A program made the position numbers and the translations under genes. Below, piece by piece: positions 18,199 to 26,252 of a stretch of DNA of 26,682 nt. Origin of the DNA: Candidatus Cloacimonadota bacterium (lineage in GTDB: Bacteria > Cloacimonadota > Cloacimonadia > Cloacimonadales > WRIO01); NCBI GenBank assembly GCA_029564175.1, contig JAKQQL010000293.1, positions 1-26,682 on the forward strand. The letters run 5' to 3'. How positions within the stretch are numbered: the stretch's first letter is position 1; each line of letters begins with the position of its first letter. Below the pieces are notes generated by a model, which was given only the letters and a program-made list of their open reading frames with translations, was not told where the DNA came from and did not search any database.

Positions 18199-18960
18199 AT
18201 GAATGGGAATAGCATTACAGAATTTTCTCAAGCTACTATTAAGAAACTTGACTCTTATGTGTATATTTTACAAGATCCCAGAGATTCTAAGATAATATAC
18301 ATTGGCAAAGGTACTGGAAATAGGGTTTTTGAACATGTTCAAGCAGCAATTAATGATCCTAAAGAGACTGATAAACTTGATTTAATTCGAGAAATTAATA
18401 AAATATCAAAGGTTAAACATTACATTGTTAGACATGGTATAGACAGTGATGTAGCTCATCATATTGAAGCAACATTGATAGATTTGTTTACAAACGAAAA
18501 TTTTAAAATGTTAGCTAATATAACCAATATTGTGTCAGGACATTATACAAAAGATAAGGGGATGAAATCTGTAGAAGAAATAAATTTCCAGTATTCAAAA
18601 TCTCCACTCAGGCTTGAAGATATAAAACATAATGTATTGGTAATAAATATTAATAAAACATTTAATAAAAGTTGTTATGAAGATGAAAAACAGATTTATG
18701 AGGCTACCAGAAAATATTGGCGAATTAATGAAAAACGTCTAAAACAGATTGAATATGTTTTTTCAGAATATAAAGGTCTTGTTTTAGCTGTATTCAAACC
18801 TTTTGAGTGGCTTAAAAGTGAAGTTAGGAAAAGAATGTACTTTAATGGAGAGATAGTTACTGATCAAACGATTAAAGATATGTATTTGGGAAGAGAACTT
18901 GAAATAAAAAAGGATAGACACATACAGAATCCAATTTACTATATTTTAAATAAATCATAA
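18199..18960 (+). CDS. LEM-3-like GIY-YIG nuclease domain protein
   Basis: 'YVYILQDPRD...YIGKGTGNRVFEH' ... 'IEATLID' ... 'TNIVSGH', plus a C-terminal 'YEATRKYWRI...R.YF.G...NPI.Y' domain. The ATG at 18199 follows GAGG; the ORF track starts at GTG 18187. Confidence 0.85.
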   Translation: MNGNSITEFSQATIKKLDSYVYILQDPRDSKIIYIGKGTGNRVFEHVQAAINDPKETDKLDLIREINKISKVKHYIVRHGIDSDVAHHIEATLIDLFTNENFKMLANITNIVSGHYTKDKGMKSVEEINFQYSKSPLRLEDIKHNVLVININKTFNKSCYEDEKQIYEATRKYWRINEKRLKQIEYVFSEYKGLVLAVFKPFEWLKSEVRKRMYFNGEIVTDQTIKDMYLGRELEIKKDRHIQNPIYYILNKS

Positions 18961-19091
18961 AACAGAAGTCAGTAAGTGAATGTGTATATTGTAAGAATAT
19001 GTAAATATAAAAAATTGGGACTAGATAAAAATAGGCTGTTATTCTTTTTCTTGTTTTCATCGCCTTCTGTGGTTAAAAAAATTATCTGAGG

Positions 19092-20858
19092 TCAGATTTC
19101 TTCGCAGTAAGCCAGCTCCCATCCATGGAAGACGACAATGACTTTTTTCAGACTGACTTTACCATAAGGTGGTAGCCCCAGCATCTGACGGGCATATTCA
19201 TCTTCGGAATATTGATTCAGTTGCTTAGAAGCTTCTTGTATCTTTTGTTGTAAGAGGTCATCCAAATCTTTGTCTTTGACACTTCGTTTAATATACTTCA
19301 ATTCGATGAGATAAGCATATTGGATTTCTCTGTATTTGATATAAAAAGGCTTTAGAATCAGGTCGGCATAGCCTTTATTCATTTCTTCTTCTGATGCTGA
19401 GATATAAAAATCATAGATGTTCAGGTAAGATAAATAGAAGGTCTTCACGATGTTTTCGCCATCAATAAAGTCTCTGAGCGAACTCTGTTTTTGGATTGCA
19501 CTCTGGATAAACTCAAAGGCTGGTTTGAATGTGCCTTTGAATGCCATGTCTCTGACTAACAATAGTAATTCATAAATATCCATAGAGAAATCATACGCTT
19601 CTTCAAAAGAACTTCTGATATATTCAAATATCATCTGTTTGATGGTTTCATTGGGGATGCATAAAAAAGGCAGACTGGTGGCAGGTTTATTGGAGTAAGT
19701 CAATAAACCAAAGAAATAGAGCAGAGATATGAAATTCTCTTTGTGGGTGATTTTATCAAAAGGGAAACTGGTTCTGATATTTGACTCAATGCCATTATCT
19801 CTGATAATATCGGACAGTTTTTGGAAATTGCCATTTAACTCCCTGTCTTTAAGAATCAGGTAACGGAGTTTGCCATAGTCCATACGCAGATTGTCGTCAA
19901 TGAGATTTTCTGGTATCTTCTTAGCACGGATTGCCTTATTTACAAAATATAAGATTGCATCAGAGTTATGAACACTCTTGCTTGCTTCAGCTGAAAAGAT
20001 ATAATGATCATACCATTTTTTGATGATGCTCATTGCTTCAGTTTTATCAATCTTTAGCTCTCCTACAGAGATATAGTAGTCTAAAATATCACTCACATCT
20101 TTTTCTGTAAAACCTAACAATTCATTAAAAGTTATGTCTGTCGAAATGTTATCACCCAGATTAAACCCACTGGTTACATCATCCATGGTTACAGGGGAGA
20201 CTCCGGTGATAAACATTCTGGCAAGCCCAGACCCGGTGCCGGATGTCAGCAGTTTCAGGTTAGTAAAGAATTGCTTGAAATAGCCTGCCTGTCTGGTAAT
20301 TCTTTTATATTCCCCTTCTCCAAAATCAGTGAGCAAGGTATTGGTAAAATTATCGTATTCATCGATAAAAAGATAAATTTTATAATCCGCTTCGGAAAGT
20401 TCAGTGGCTATAACATGTATTTTTTCATGAGCTGTATTTACAAAAGTAATTTTTTCGTGAAGTCTTTGTGGCAGGTAATCTCTGTATTTGTAAATAAACT
20501 TATCCAAAACAATCAGGCAATAGTTGTTAAAATCATCTTGTACTTTGTCTTTATCTTTCAAGATCGCAGAAAAGTTGAAGTATAAAGTCAGATATTTCCC
20601 TCTTTCTGCTGTGGGATTCTCCAGTATCCAGGTGTCATGATACATTTCTTCAAATTTGTCTTTATACTTAATATCGTAATATGCATGCAATGTGCTTAAT
20701 AAGAGAGATTTGCCAAATCGTCTGGGTCTGATGAGAAATACAAACTTTGTTCTCTCTATCTCAGGGATAAACATGGTTTTATCGACATAGTATTCATTTT
20801 TATTGTTAACCACTTCAAAATCACTTACACCATAAGGTATTCTTTTTATCATCTCCAT
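19092..20858 (-). CDS. AAA-ATPase-like protein with C-terminal PD-(D/E)XK nuclease domain, copy 2
   Basis: Same length (588 aa) and motifs as copy 1: RPRRFGKS, IDEYD, SEEEMNKGYADL...IELKY. Confidence 0.9.
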   Translation of the reverse strand: MEMIKRIPYGVSDFEVVNNKNEYYVDKTMFIPEIERTKFVFLIRPRRFGKSLLLSTLHAYYDIKYKDKFEEMYHDTWILENPTAERGKYLTLYFNFSAILKDKDKVQDDFNNYCLIVLDKFIYKYRDYLPQRLHEKITFVNTAHEKIHVIATELSEADYKIYLFIDEYDNFTNTLLTDFGEGEYKRITRQAGYFKQFFTNLKLLTSGTGSGLARMFITGVSPVTMDDVTSGFNLGDNISTDITFNELLGFTEKDVSDILDYYISVGELKIDKTEAMSIIKKWYDHYIFSAEASKSVHNSDAILYFVNKAIRAKKIPENLIDDNLRMDYGKLRYLILKDRELNGNFQKLSDIIRDNGIESNIRTSFPFDKITHKENFISLLYFFGLLTYSNKPATSLPFLCIPNETIKQMIFEYIRSSFEEAYDFSMDIYELLLLVRDMAFKGTFKPAFEFIQSAIQKQSSLRDFIDGENIVKTFYLSYLNIYDFYISASEEEMNKGYADLILKPFYIKYREIQYAYLIELKYIKRSVKDKDLDDLLQQKIQEASKQLNQYSEDEYARQMLGLPPYGKVSLKKVIVVFHGWELAYCEEI

Positions 20859-20874
20859 AATCTCTCCTTATGTC

Positions 20875-20903
20875 ATAATTGCAGGTATTCAAAATATTGT
20901 CAA
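20875..20903 (-). promoter_or_regulatory. Putative sigma70 promoter of AAA-nuclease copy 2
   Basis: Minus strand: TTGACA, 17 nt, AATTAT. Duplicate of 18047-18075. Confidence 0.5.
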
Positions 20904-20973
20904 GCAGGAATGTAGGTGTGTTTTTTCAACAGTAATTCTTTGGCAAATGTGATTAAACAATTTGCTTGCTGTC

Positions 20974-21089
20974 CGCTTTCTTCCCTTCTTCATACCTCTT
21001 AGCTCCCTGCTCCATTTCTATTTGCCTGAGTAGTCAGGTGAGTGGTTTATGGTAAGTGAGCAGGCAAGAGATAAGAAACGAAAAAAGCG
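20974..21089 (+). other. Long imperfect stem-loop (candidate structured RNA or dispersed hairpin repeat)
   Basis: Nested pairing CGCTTT/AAAGCG, CTCTT/AAGAG, CCTGCT/AGCAGG, CCAT/ATGG, and an apical 12-bp stem CTATTTGCCTGA-gtag-TCAGGTGAGTGG containing 4 G-U pairs. Confidence 0.5.
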
Positions 21090-21279
21090 TTTTCTACAGG
21101 ATAGATAAGAGAATCATATAAGAATGATATTGTTTTTTAAGAGGAAATCAGTTCGTTTTTAATAAAAAGAGGATATGAAAATCATAGTGATCATAAAGAA
21201 GCATGATTACTGATTTGAATATTTCAAATTGAATAATCACTTGTTTTAACTAACAAATTGCTTTTATTCAAAAAAGTAT

Positions 21280-21309
21280 TTGACACAGAACAGGGCTATG
21301 AGCTAAACT
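21280..21309 (+). promoter_or_regulatory. Putative sigma70 promoter of gatE-gatD
   Basis: TTGACA (21280-21285), 18 nt, TAAACT (21304-21309), with an A/T-rich region upstream. Confidence 0.5.
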
Positions 21310-21345
21310 GGCAAAAAAGAATAAAATTTGGAAAGGATAAAGAAG

Positions 21346-23331
21346 ATGAGCAATCAATGGGAAAAGAACTGGCTTAAAACCAAGGAACGGGTTGGCTACG
21401 TAGATTTAAAATCTGCCAGTCCGGAAATCTGGCAGAAACTGGGTTTTAAATGCGGTCTGGAAGTGCATCAGCAGCTGGCTACAAAGAAAAAACTGTTTTG
21501 CCGATGTCCTGTAGGCATTTTTCATGATTTTGATGATTATGATGCTGAAATTGTCCGCCACATGAGACCAACGCTGAGTGAGCTGGGAGAGTATGATGGT
21601 ACGGCTCTGATGGAGTTTAAGACAAAAAAGAAGATTGTTTACCGCATAAAGAATGATACCGCCTGTACCTATGAAGTGGATGATACGCCTCCTTTTGTGC
21701 TCAATCCTGAAGCTTTATCCTTTGCCATGGAAATTGCCCTTTTATCCAAAATGAGCATCGTCGGTGAGTTACATATTACACGAAAACAATATCTGGATGG
21801 CAGTATTCCTACCGGATTTCAAAGAACCACTATTCTGGGTATTGAGGGAGAAATCCCCATTTCCAATAAAAATATCCGACTGATACAGATGAGTATAGAA
21901 GAAGACAGTTGTCGTGAAGTATCTGACCATCGGCATACGAGGGTTTACTATGCTGATCGCCTGGGCACTCCATTGATTGAAACCGTTACTTACCCTGAAA
22001 TGCTGACTCCCTGGGAAGCCAAAGAAGCCGGGCAATATATCCGCTTTTTGGCACGAAGCTCAGGTAAAGCCCGTACGGGTATTGGTGCTGCCAGACAGGA
22101 TGTCAATGTCAGCGTAACCGGTGGTACCCGTATAGAAATAAAAGGGGTGGCTCATACCTCTTGGATTCCGAAATTAACTCACAATGAAGCATTCAGACAA
22201 TGGTCTCTATTAGAAATTAAAAAAGATTTACATAAAGTGATCGCTGATAAACAGAAATGGTCAATTTCTCATGTGATATTGCCTGCTGAAGACTGGAAAA
22301 GAATCTCAATCTTAAAGCAACCTATTTCAGAAAACTGGAAGATGGTGGCAGTCAATTTGCCTGGTTTTAAAAACCTTCTTTCATTTTTTACACAGCCTGG
22401 AAGAACTTTTGCCGATGAGATCTCTGATCGTTTGAAAGTGATTGCCTGTCTGGAAAAACCGAATATGTTTTACTCGGAAGAGTTGAAACCGGTGATAAAA
22501 TCTGAAGAATGGAAAGCAATCGTTAAGGCATTGTCTGCCGGAGAGCAGGATGCCCAGATACTTTTCTGGACACCGGATGAAGATATGAAAACAGCTTTGG
22601 AAACGATTGAAGAACGCTGTAAAATGGCTTTTGAAGGCGTACCAAACGAAACCAGAAAGTCATTCCCTGATGGTACGACCATATTCGAAAGAGTATTACC
22701 TGGTGCTGATCGTATGTATCCTGATACCGATTCAAAGCCAATATCTATCCCCAATGAAATGATCGAAGAACATCGTAAAAAAATACCCACCGATCTTCAT
22801 GAACGGATGACACAATTACAGGAGTGGAAGGTGCCAAGAGATGCCTGGACTTACATTCTGAGAAACAACCTGATGCCTGTAATCGAACAGATTTCGCATG
22901 ATTATCAGATTGATCCGGTTAAAGTGGCTTTGATTTATGCGCATCGCCTCAAAAGTATGCAGGCAGATAAACCTTTACCATTTGCTTATGAACTGATTGC
23001 TGATCTATATAAATTTGTGCAGAACAGAAATCTCTGCCATGAGATTATCCCTGAAATGCTGCCAATCTTGTACAAACATCCGAATATGGTATTTTCATCA
23101 ATACTTTCAGTGATAAATTACGAACAGACCTCTGCTGAAAAAGTTTATGAGCAGATTCCTGTATTGTATGCCATGTATCAAAATCTGCCTAAAAAATCAA
23201 AACATACTCCGGAAGCAGAGATTAAATGGATTATGGGAAGCATCAGAAAACTGGCTTTGGGAAATGTACCTTTGTGTGATCTGAAATGTAAAGTGGTGGA
23301 ATATATCAATAAGGAGGTTTCTCATGCTTGA
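21346..23331 (+). CDS. gatE: Glu-tRNA(Gln) amidotransferase subunit E
   Basis: GatB/E motifs 'GFKCGLEVHQQL...KLFCRCP', 'IEEDS', 'DRLGTPLIE'. GatE-type signatures 'DDTPP', 'DGSIPTGFQRT', 'GIGAARQDVNVS..GGTRIEIKGV', 'GVPNETR', 'LPGADRMYPDTD', and a long central insertion. Start is most likely ATG 21346 (ORF track: TTG 21328). Confidence 0.92.
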   Translation: MSNQWEKNWLKTKERVGYVDLKSASPEIWQKLGFKCGLEVHQQLATKKKLFCRCPVGIFHDFDDYDAEIVRHMRPTLSELGEYDGTALMEFKTKKKIVYRIKNDTACTYEVDDTPPFVLNPEALSFAMEIALLSKMSIVGELHITRKQYLDGSIPTGFQRTTILGIEGEIPISNKNIRLIQMSIEEDSCREVSDHRHTRVYYADRLGTPLIETVTYPEMLTPWEAKEAGQYIRFLARSSGKARTGIGAARQDVNVSVTGGTRIEIKGVAHTSWIPKLTHNEAFRQWSLLEIKKDLHKVIADKQKWSISHVILPAEDWKRISILKQPISENWKMVAVNLPGFKNLLSFFTQPGRTFADEISDRLKVIACLEKPNMFYSEELKPVIKSEEWKAIVKALSAGEQDAQILFWTPDEDMKTALETIEERCKMAFEGVPNETRKSFPDGTTIFERVLPGADRMYPDTDSKPISIPNEMIEEHRKKIPTDLHERMTQLQEWKVPRDAWTYILRNNLMPVIEQISHDYQIDPVKVALIYAHRLKSMQADKPLPFAYELIADLYKFVQNRNLCHEIIPEMLPILYKHPNMVFSSILSVINYEQTSAEKVYEQIPVLYAMYQNLPKKSKHTPEAEIKWIMGSIRKLALGNVPLCDLKCKVVEYINKEVSHA

Positions 23332-24706
23332 TCTGTTTAAAGGTTATAAAGGAAAAGCGCTTGAATTATTAAAAAAATATAAAATGAGAGTATGGGGCGA
23401 CTGTGTGATTGATACGACCCGCGGTCAGTTTCAGGGGATTATTCTGCCTCGTTCAGAGAATGACGATGACCGTCATATTGTGATCAAACTGATAACCGGT
23501 TACAATGTGGGAATTGACATTGAAACGATTACCGAGATGCGTGAAACAGGATACAGAGAAGCCCATTATAAGATTCCTGAGAAAGAATTTCCTTTTACCC
23601 CGGGTCTGCCAAAAGTGAAGTTATTGGGTACCGGCGGAACGATTGCATCACGTCTTGATTACAGAACCGGTGCGGTAATCCCTGCCTTTTCTCCTGGTGA
23701 ACTCTATGGCGCTGTGCCCGAATTGGCAGATATCTGTAATCTGGAAACAGAAAAACTCTTTGCCGTATTCTCTGAAAATATGGGACCTGAACAGTACAAA
23801 AAGCTGGCTGTTTCGATTGGTGAAGAAGTGAAAAAAGGGGTGGAAGGCATCATTATTGGGCATGGAACAGATACCATGCATTATACTTCTGCTGCTTTAT
23901 CCTTTATGCTTCAGGATTTGCCGATACCAGTTGTGATGGTCGGCTCTCAACGTTCTTCTGACAGACCATCTTCAGATGCAGCACTGAATCTGATGCATGC
24001 TGCTTATACGGCCGGCTATTCAGATATGGCAGAAGTCATGGTCTGTATGTTTGGTCCTACTTCGGATGATTACGGTTTACTTCATCAGGGTACCAGAGTG
24101 AGAAAAATGCACTCTTCATACCGTTCTACTTTCAGAACGATCGGTGATACCCCTCTGGCAATGGTAACCCGGGATAAAATCACCCCGATTAAAACGGATT
24201 ATAATCCACGCCGTAAAGATAAACAAATCAAAGTGTTGCCTTATTTTGAAGAAAAAGTAACCATGGTCTATTATTACCCCAATATGCAACCGGATATCAT
24301 TGATGCGCTGGTAGATAATGGTTATAAAGGAATTGTGATTGTCGGTACAGGATTGGGTCATATCAATAAGCCGGTTTATCCTGCAATTAAAAGAGCTATC
24401 GAAAAAGGTGTTCACATCTATATGACGGTTCAGACCTTGTGGGGTTATGTTCACATGTTTGTCTATGATACCGGTCGCGACCTGATGAGTTTGGGCATTA
24501 TACCAACAGAAAATATGCTGCCTGAAACAGCTTATATCAAACTGAGCTGGGTGCTTGGACAGACAAATGACCCTGAAGAAGTCAGACGAATGATGCTGAC
24601 ACCAACTTCACGCGATATAACGCCAGGTGAACCTTATAATGGTTATCTGATATTGCAGGGGGGAATCCCTGAAGTGGAAGAGTTTATCAGGAATTATCAT
24701 AAGTAA
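23324..24706 (+). CDS. gatD: Glu-tRNA(Gln) amidotransferase subunit D
   Basis: Asparaginase-fold motifs 'TGGTIASRLDYRTGAV', 'HGTDTM', 'GSQRSSDRPSSDA', 'RKMHSS.R..F', plus the GatD N-terminal extension '...KLITGYNVGI'. AAGGAGG RBS at 23311-23317; 8-bp overlap with gatE. Confidence 0.93.
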   Translation: MLDLFKGYKGKALELLKKYKMRVWGDCVIDTTRGQFQGIILPRSENDDDRHIVIKLITGYNVGIDIETITEMRETGYREAHYKIPEKEFPFTPGLPKVKLLGTGGTIASRLDYRTGAVIPAFSPGELYGAVPELADICNLETEKLFAVFSENMGPEQYKKLAVSIGEEVKKGVEGIIIGHGTDTMHYTSAALSFMLQDLPIPVVMVGSQRSSDRPSSDAALNLMHAAYTAGYSDMAEVMVCMFGPTSDDYGLLHQGTRVRKMHSSYRSTFRTIGDTPLAMVTRDKITPIKTDYNPRRKDKQIKVLPYFEEKVTMVYYYPNMQPDIIDALVDNGYKGIVIVGTGLGHINKPVYPAIKRAIEKGVHIYMTVQTLWGYVHMFVYDTGRDLMSLGIIPTENMLPETAYIKLSWVLGQTNDPEEVRRMMLTPTSRDITPGEPYNGYLILQGGIPEVEEFIRNYHK

Positions 24707-24764
24707 CGAGTTTATGTGCTACTAAATTGTAGATTAGGGTTTCAAATCAATGCGGTTAACAAAA

Positions 24765-24810
24765 GGAATTATTTGTGAAAAATATAAAAATATTAACTAC
24801 AAATAATTCC
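24765..24810. repeat. Perfect 12-bp inverted repeat
   Basis: GGAATTATTTGT (24765-24776) and ACAAATAATTCC (24799-24810) with a 22-nt loop; overlaps the left end of the REP-like element. Confidence 0.55.
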
Positions 24811-24995
24811 CCTCCGGTGGAGGGGTGGCACGGAGTGCCGGGGTGGTACGTTAAAAATATGCATAGATAAACATTGTTATTTACTGCATTAAATATCTAG
24901 ATAGTGTCAGCTATTTAATATTAAACTGATTATTCTGCCTTAAACATACTTACCACCCCGCCCCAAAAGGGGCACCCCTCCAAAGGAGGGGAATT
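24805..24995. repeat. Inverted REP-like doublet (REPIN/MITE-like): two ~45-bp GC-rich palindromic arms around a 102-bp AT-rich spacer
   Basis: Left arm 24805-24848 is AATTCCCCTCC-ggt-GGAGGGGTG-gcacggagtgc-CGGGGTGGTA. The reverse complement of the right arm 24951-24995 is AATTCCCCTCC-ttt-GGAGGGGTG-ccccttttgggg-CGGGGTGGTA. Confidence 0.85.
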
Positions 24996-25041
24996 TTCAC
25001 AAGCTGGAGCTTGTTAACAAGACAAACAGACAGGAGGTTTT

Positions 25042-26106
25042 ATGAGTGACAGTAAGTATATTCGATACATCTTTATCAGCACATCCATTATTGCTTTTAT
25101 TTTAATCGTGATTGTACTGAAAACTCTAAAAGCCATCTTTATCCCTTTACTCTTTTCTCTGTTTATTTCTTTTATGTATGCCCCTTTGAACCGAAAACTG
25201 GAAGAGAAGAATATTCCTGTTTTACTCAGACTGATCGTGCTTGGATTTATCCTGCTTGTTCTGGGCTTGATTATCGGATCACTTGCCCAGATCGGGCTAA
25301 ACCGTTTTGTAGCAGAATCGCCTAAGTATCTGTACCGGGTTCAGGAAATGATACTTAATGTTGCACAGTCACTGCCCCTGTCCGAGGCTTCATTGCTTAC
25401 TTTAAGAAGAGCGCCAATTGATTTGATGATGCTGTTAAACAGGATATCTGTCAATAGTCTTTTGACTTCGGCGATGAACCATTTTATGACTTTTTTTTCT
25501 TATTCACTGCTTACCTTGTTCTTTACAGTGTTTATTGTGAGTGATGATAATCAGCTGTTTAGGAAGATTATCAGGGCATTGTGTAAAAATAAAGAATTTA
25601 CTGATTCGATCAGTGTAAAAATTGAAAAACAGCTGATTCTTTATCTGTTAAACAAAACCCTGATTAATTTGATGAGCAGTGTGAGTTCTGCTTTGCTCAT
25701 CTTTTTTGTTGGTGTTGATTTCCCTATATTGAGTGGTATGCTGATCTTTATCTTTGGTTTCATCCCTGAGATCGGATCAGTAATTGCAGCCTTGTTTCCA
25801 ATCATATTTTGTTTTTTTGAATTTGGCTTGAGCTGGCAACTGTTTGTGATCATATTTAGTTTACTGGCGATTAACTCCGGTTTTGGTAATTATGTAGAGC
25901 CTCGTTTGATGGGCAGGCAGTTCAATTTGTCCCCCATTATCATATTGTGTGGGCTGATCTTTTGGGCATGGGTGTGGGGACCGGTTGGAATGTTTATTGC
26001 TGTTCCGCTGACCTCAATTATCAATATCATTCTCATAGAACTGAAACACTTCAGTCCTCTGACTGATATTATTGCCTATCCTCATCCTGATAAGGTAAAG
26101 AAATAG
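25042..26106 (+). CDS. AI-2E family (UPF0118) transporter
   Basis: 354-aa multi-pass membrane protein with 'FIPEIGS', 'GNYVEPRLMG', 'LSP...WAWVWGPVGMFIAVPL'. AGGAGG RBS. Confidence 0.9.
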   Translation: MSDSKYIRYIFISTSIIAFILIVIVLKTLKAIFIPLLFSLFISFMYAPLNRKLEEKNIPVLLRLIVLGFILLVLGLIIGSLAQIGLNRFVAESPKYLYRVQEMILNVAQSLPLSEASLLTLRRAPIDLMMLLNRISVNSLLTSAMNHFMTFFSYSLLTLFFTVFIVSDDNQLFRKIIRALCKNKEFTDSISVKIEKQLILYLLNKTLINLMSSVSSALLIFFVGVDFPILSGMLIFIFGFIPEIGSVIAALFPIIFCFFEFGLSWQLFVIIFSLLAINSGFGNYVEPRLMGRQFNLSPIIILCGLIFWAWVWGPVGMFIAVPLTSIINIILIELKHFSPLTDIIAYPHPDKVKK

Positions 26107-26116
26107 AGCTAAGAAG

Positions 26117-26151
26117 TCTTATTCTTTATTGAGAATCTGTAAAGAATAAGA
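26117..26151 (+). terminator. Inverted repeat downstream of the AI-2E gene (possible terminator)
   Basis: Perfect 12-bp TCTTATTCTTTA / TAAAGAATAAGA with an 11-nt loop, 10 nt after the stop. AT-rich and without a clear U-tail. Confidence 0.4.
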
Positions 26152-26195
26152 AATAAAGGCCTTATAATACAAAAGTGCTTTACAAAAAAAAACTA

Positions 26196-26223
26196 TTGAC
26201 AATAATTGTGGTAAAAATATTAT
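26196..26223 (+). promoter_or_regulatory. Putative sigma70 promoter
   Basis: TTGACA (26196-26201), 16 nt, TATTAT (26218-26223), preceded by an A9 tract. Confidence 0.45.
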
Positions 26224-26252
26224 ATCTTTATCTAATGATAAAGGAGTATTGT

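Larger units (their letters stand above)
16264..20916 (-). repeat. Direct duplication of ~1.8 kb (16264-18088 and 19092-20916, offset 2828 bp) covering gene plus promoter
   Basis: The two CDSs are colinear and the 58 bp upstream are nearly identical (aatctctccttatgtcataattgcaggta...aatattgtcaagcaggaatgtagg). Similarity stops abruptly after 18088 and 20916. Confidence 0.9.

Noticed and set aside
16264..20858. Diversity-generating retroelement TR/VR pair as the explanation for the two similar genes
   Set aside because: Both copies are full-length ORFs, the differences do not look adenine-specific and many are synonymous, and there is no reverse transcriptase in the window.
21346..24706. Annotation as ordinary bacterial gatB plus L-asparaginase
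   Set aside because: GatE-specific motifs and central insertion, the GatD N-terminal domain and SSDRPSSD motif, and translational coupling of the two genes favour GatDE. No gatA or gatC is adjacent.
24821..24850. T-box-like GGGTGGCAC / GGGTGGTAC motifs next to tRNA-charging genes
   Set aside because: They lie downstream of gatD rather than in a leader, lack stem I and terminator context, and are explained by the REP-like arm mirrored at 24951-24995.
24805..24995. Possible CRISPR repeats or integron attC site
   Set aside because: There are only two copies, in inverted orientation, with no spacer array, no cas or integrase gene, and no proper RYYYAAC/GTTRRRY ends.
2683..25853. Short (61-112 aa) alternative-frame and antisense ORFs in the ORF track, e.g. 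2683-2934, 4847-5086, 10040-10294, 18872-19060, 20271-20585, 22470-22790, 24116-24454, 25641-25853
   Set aside because: They overlap long, well-supported CDSs and have no recognisable motifs; most likely shadow ORFs.
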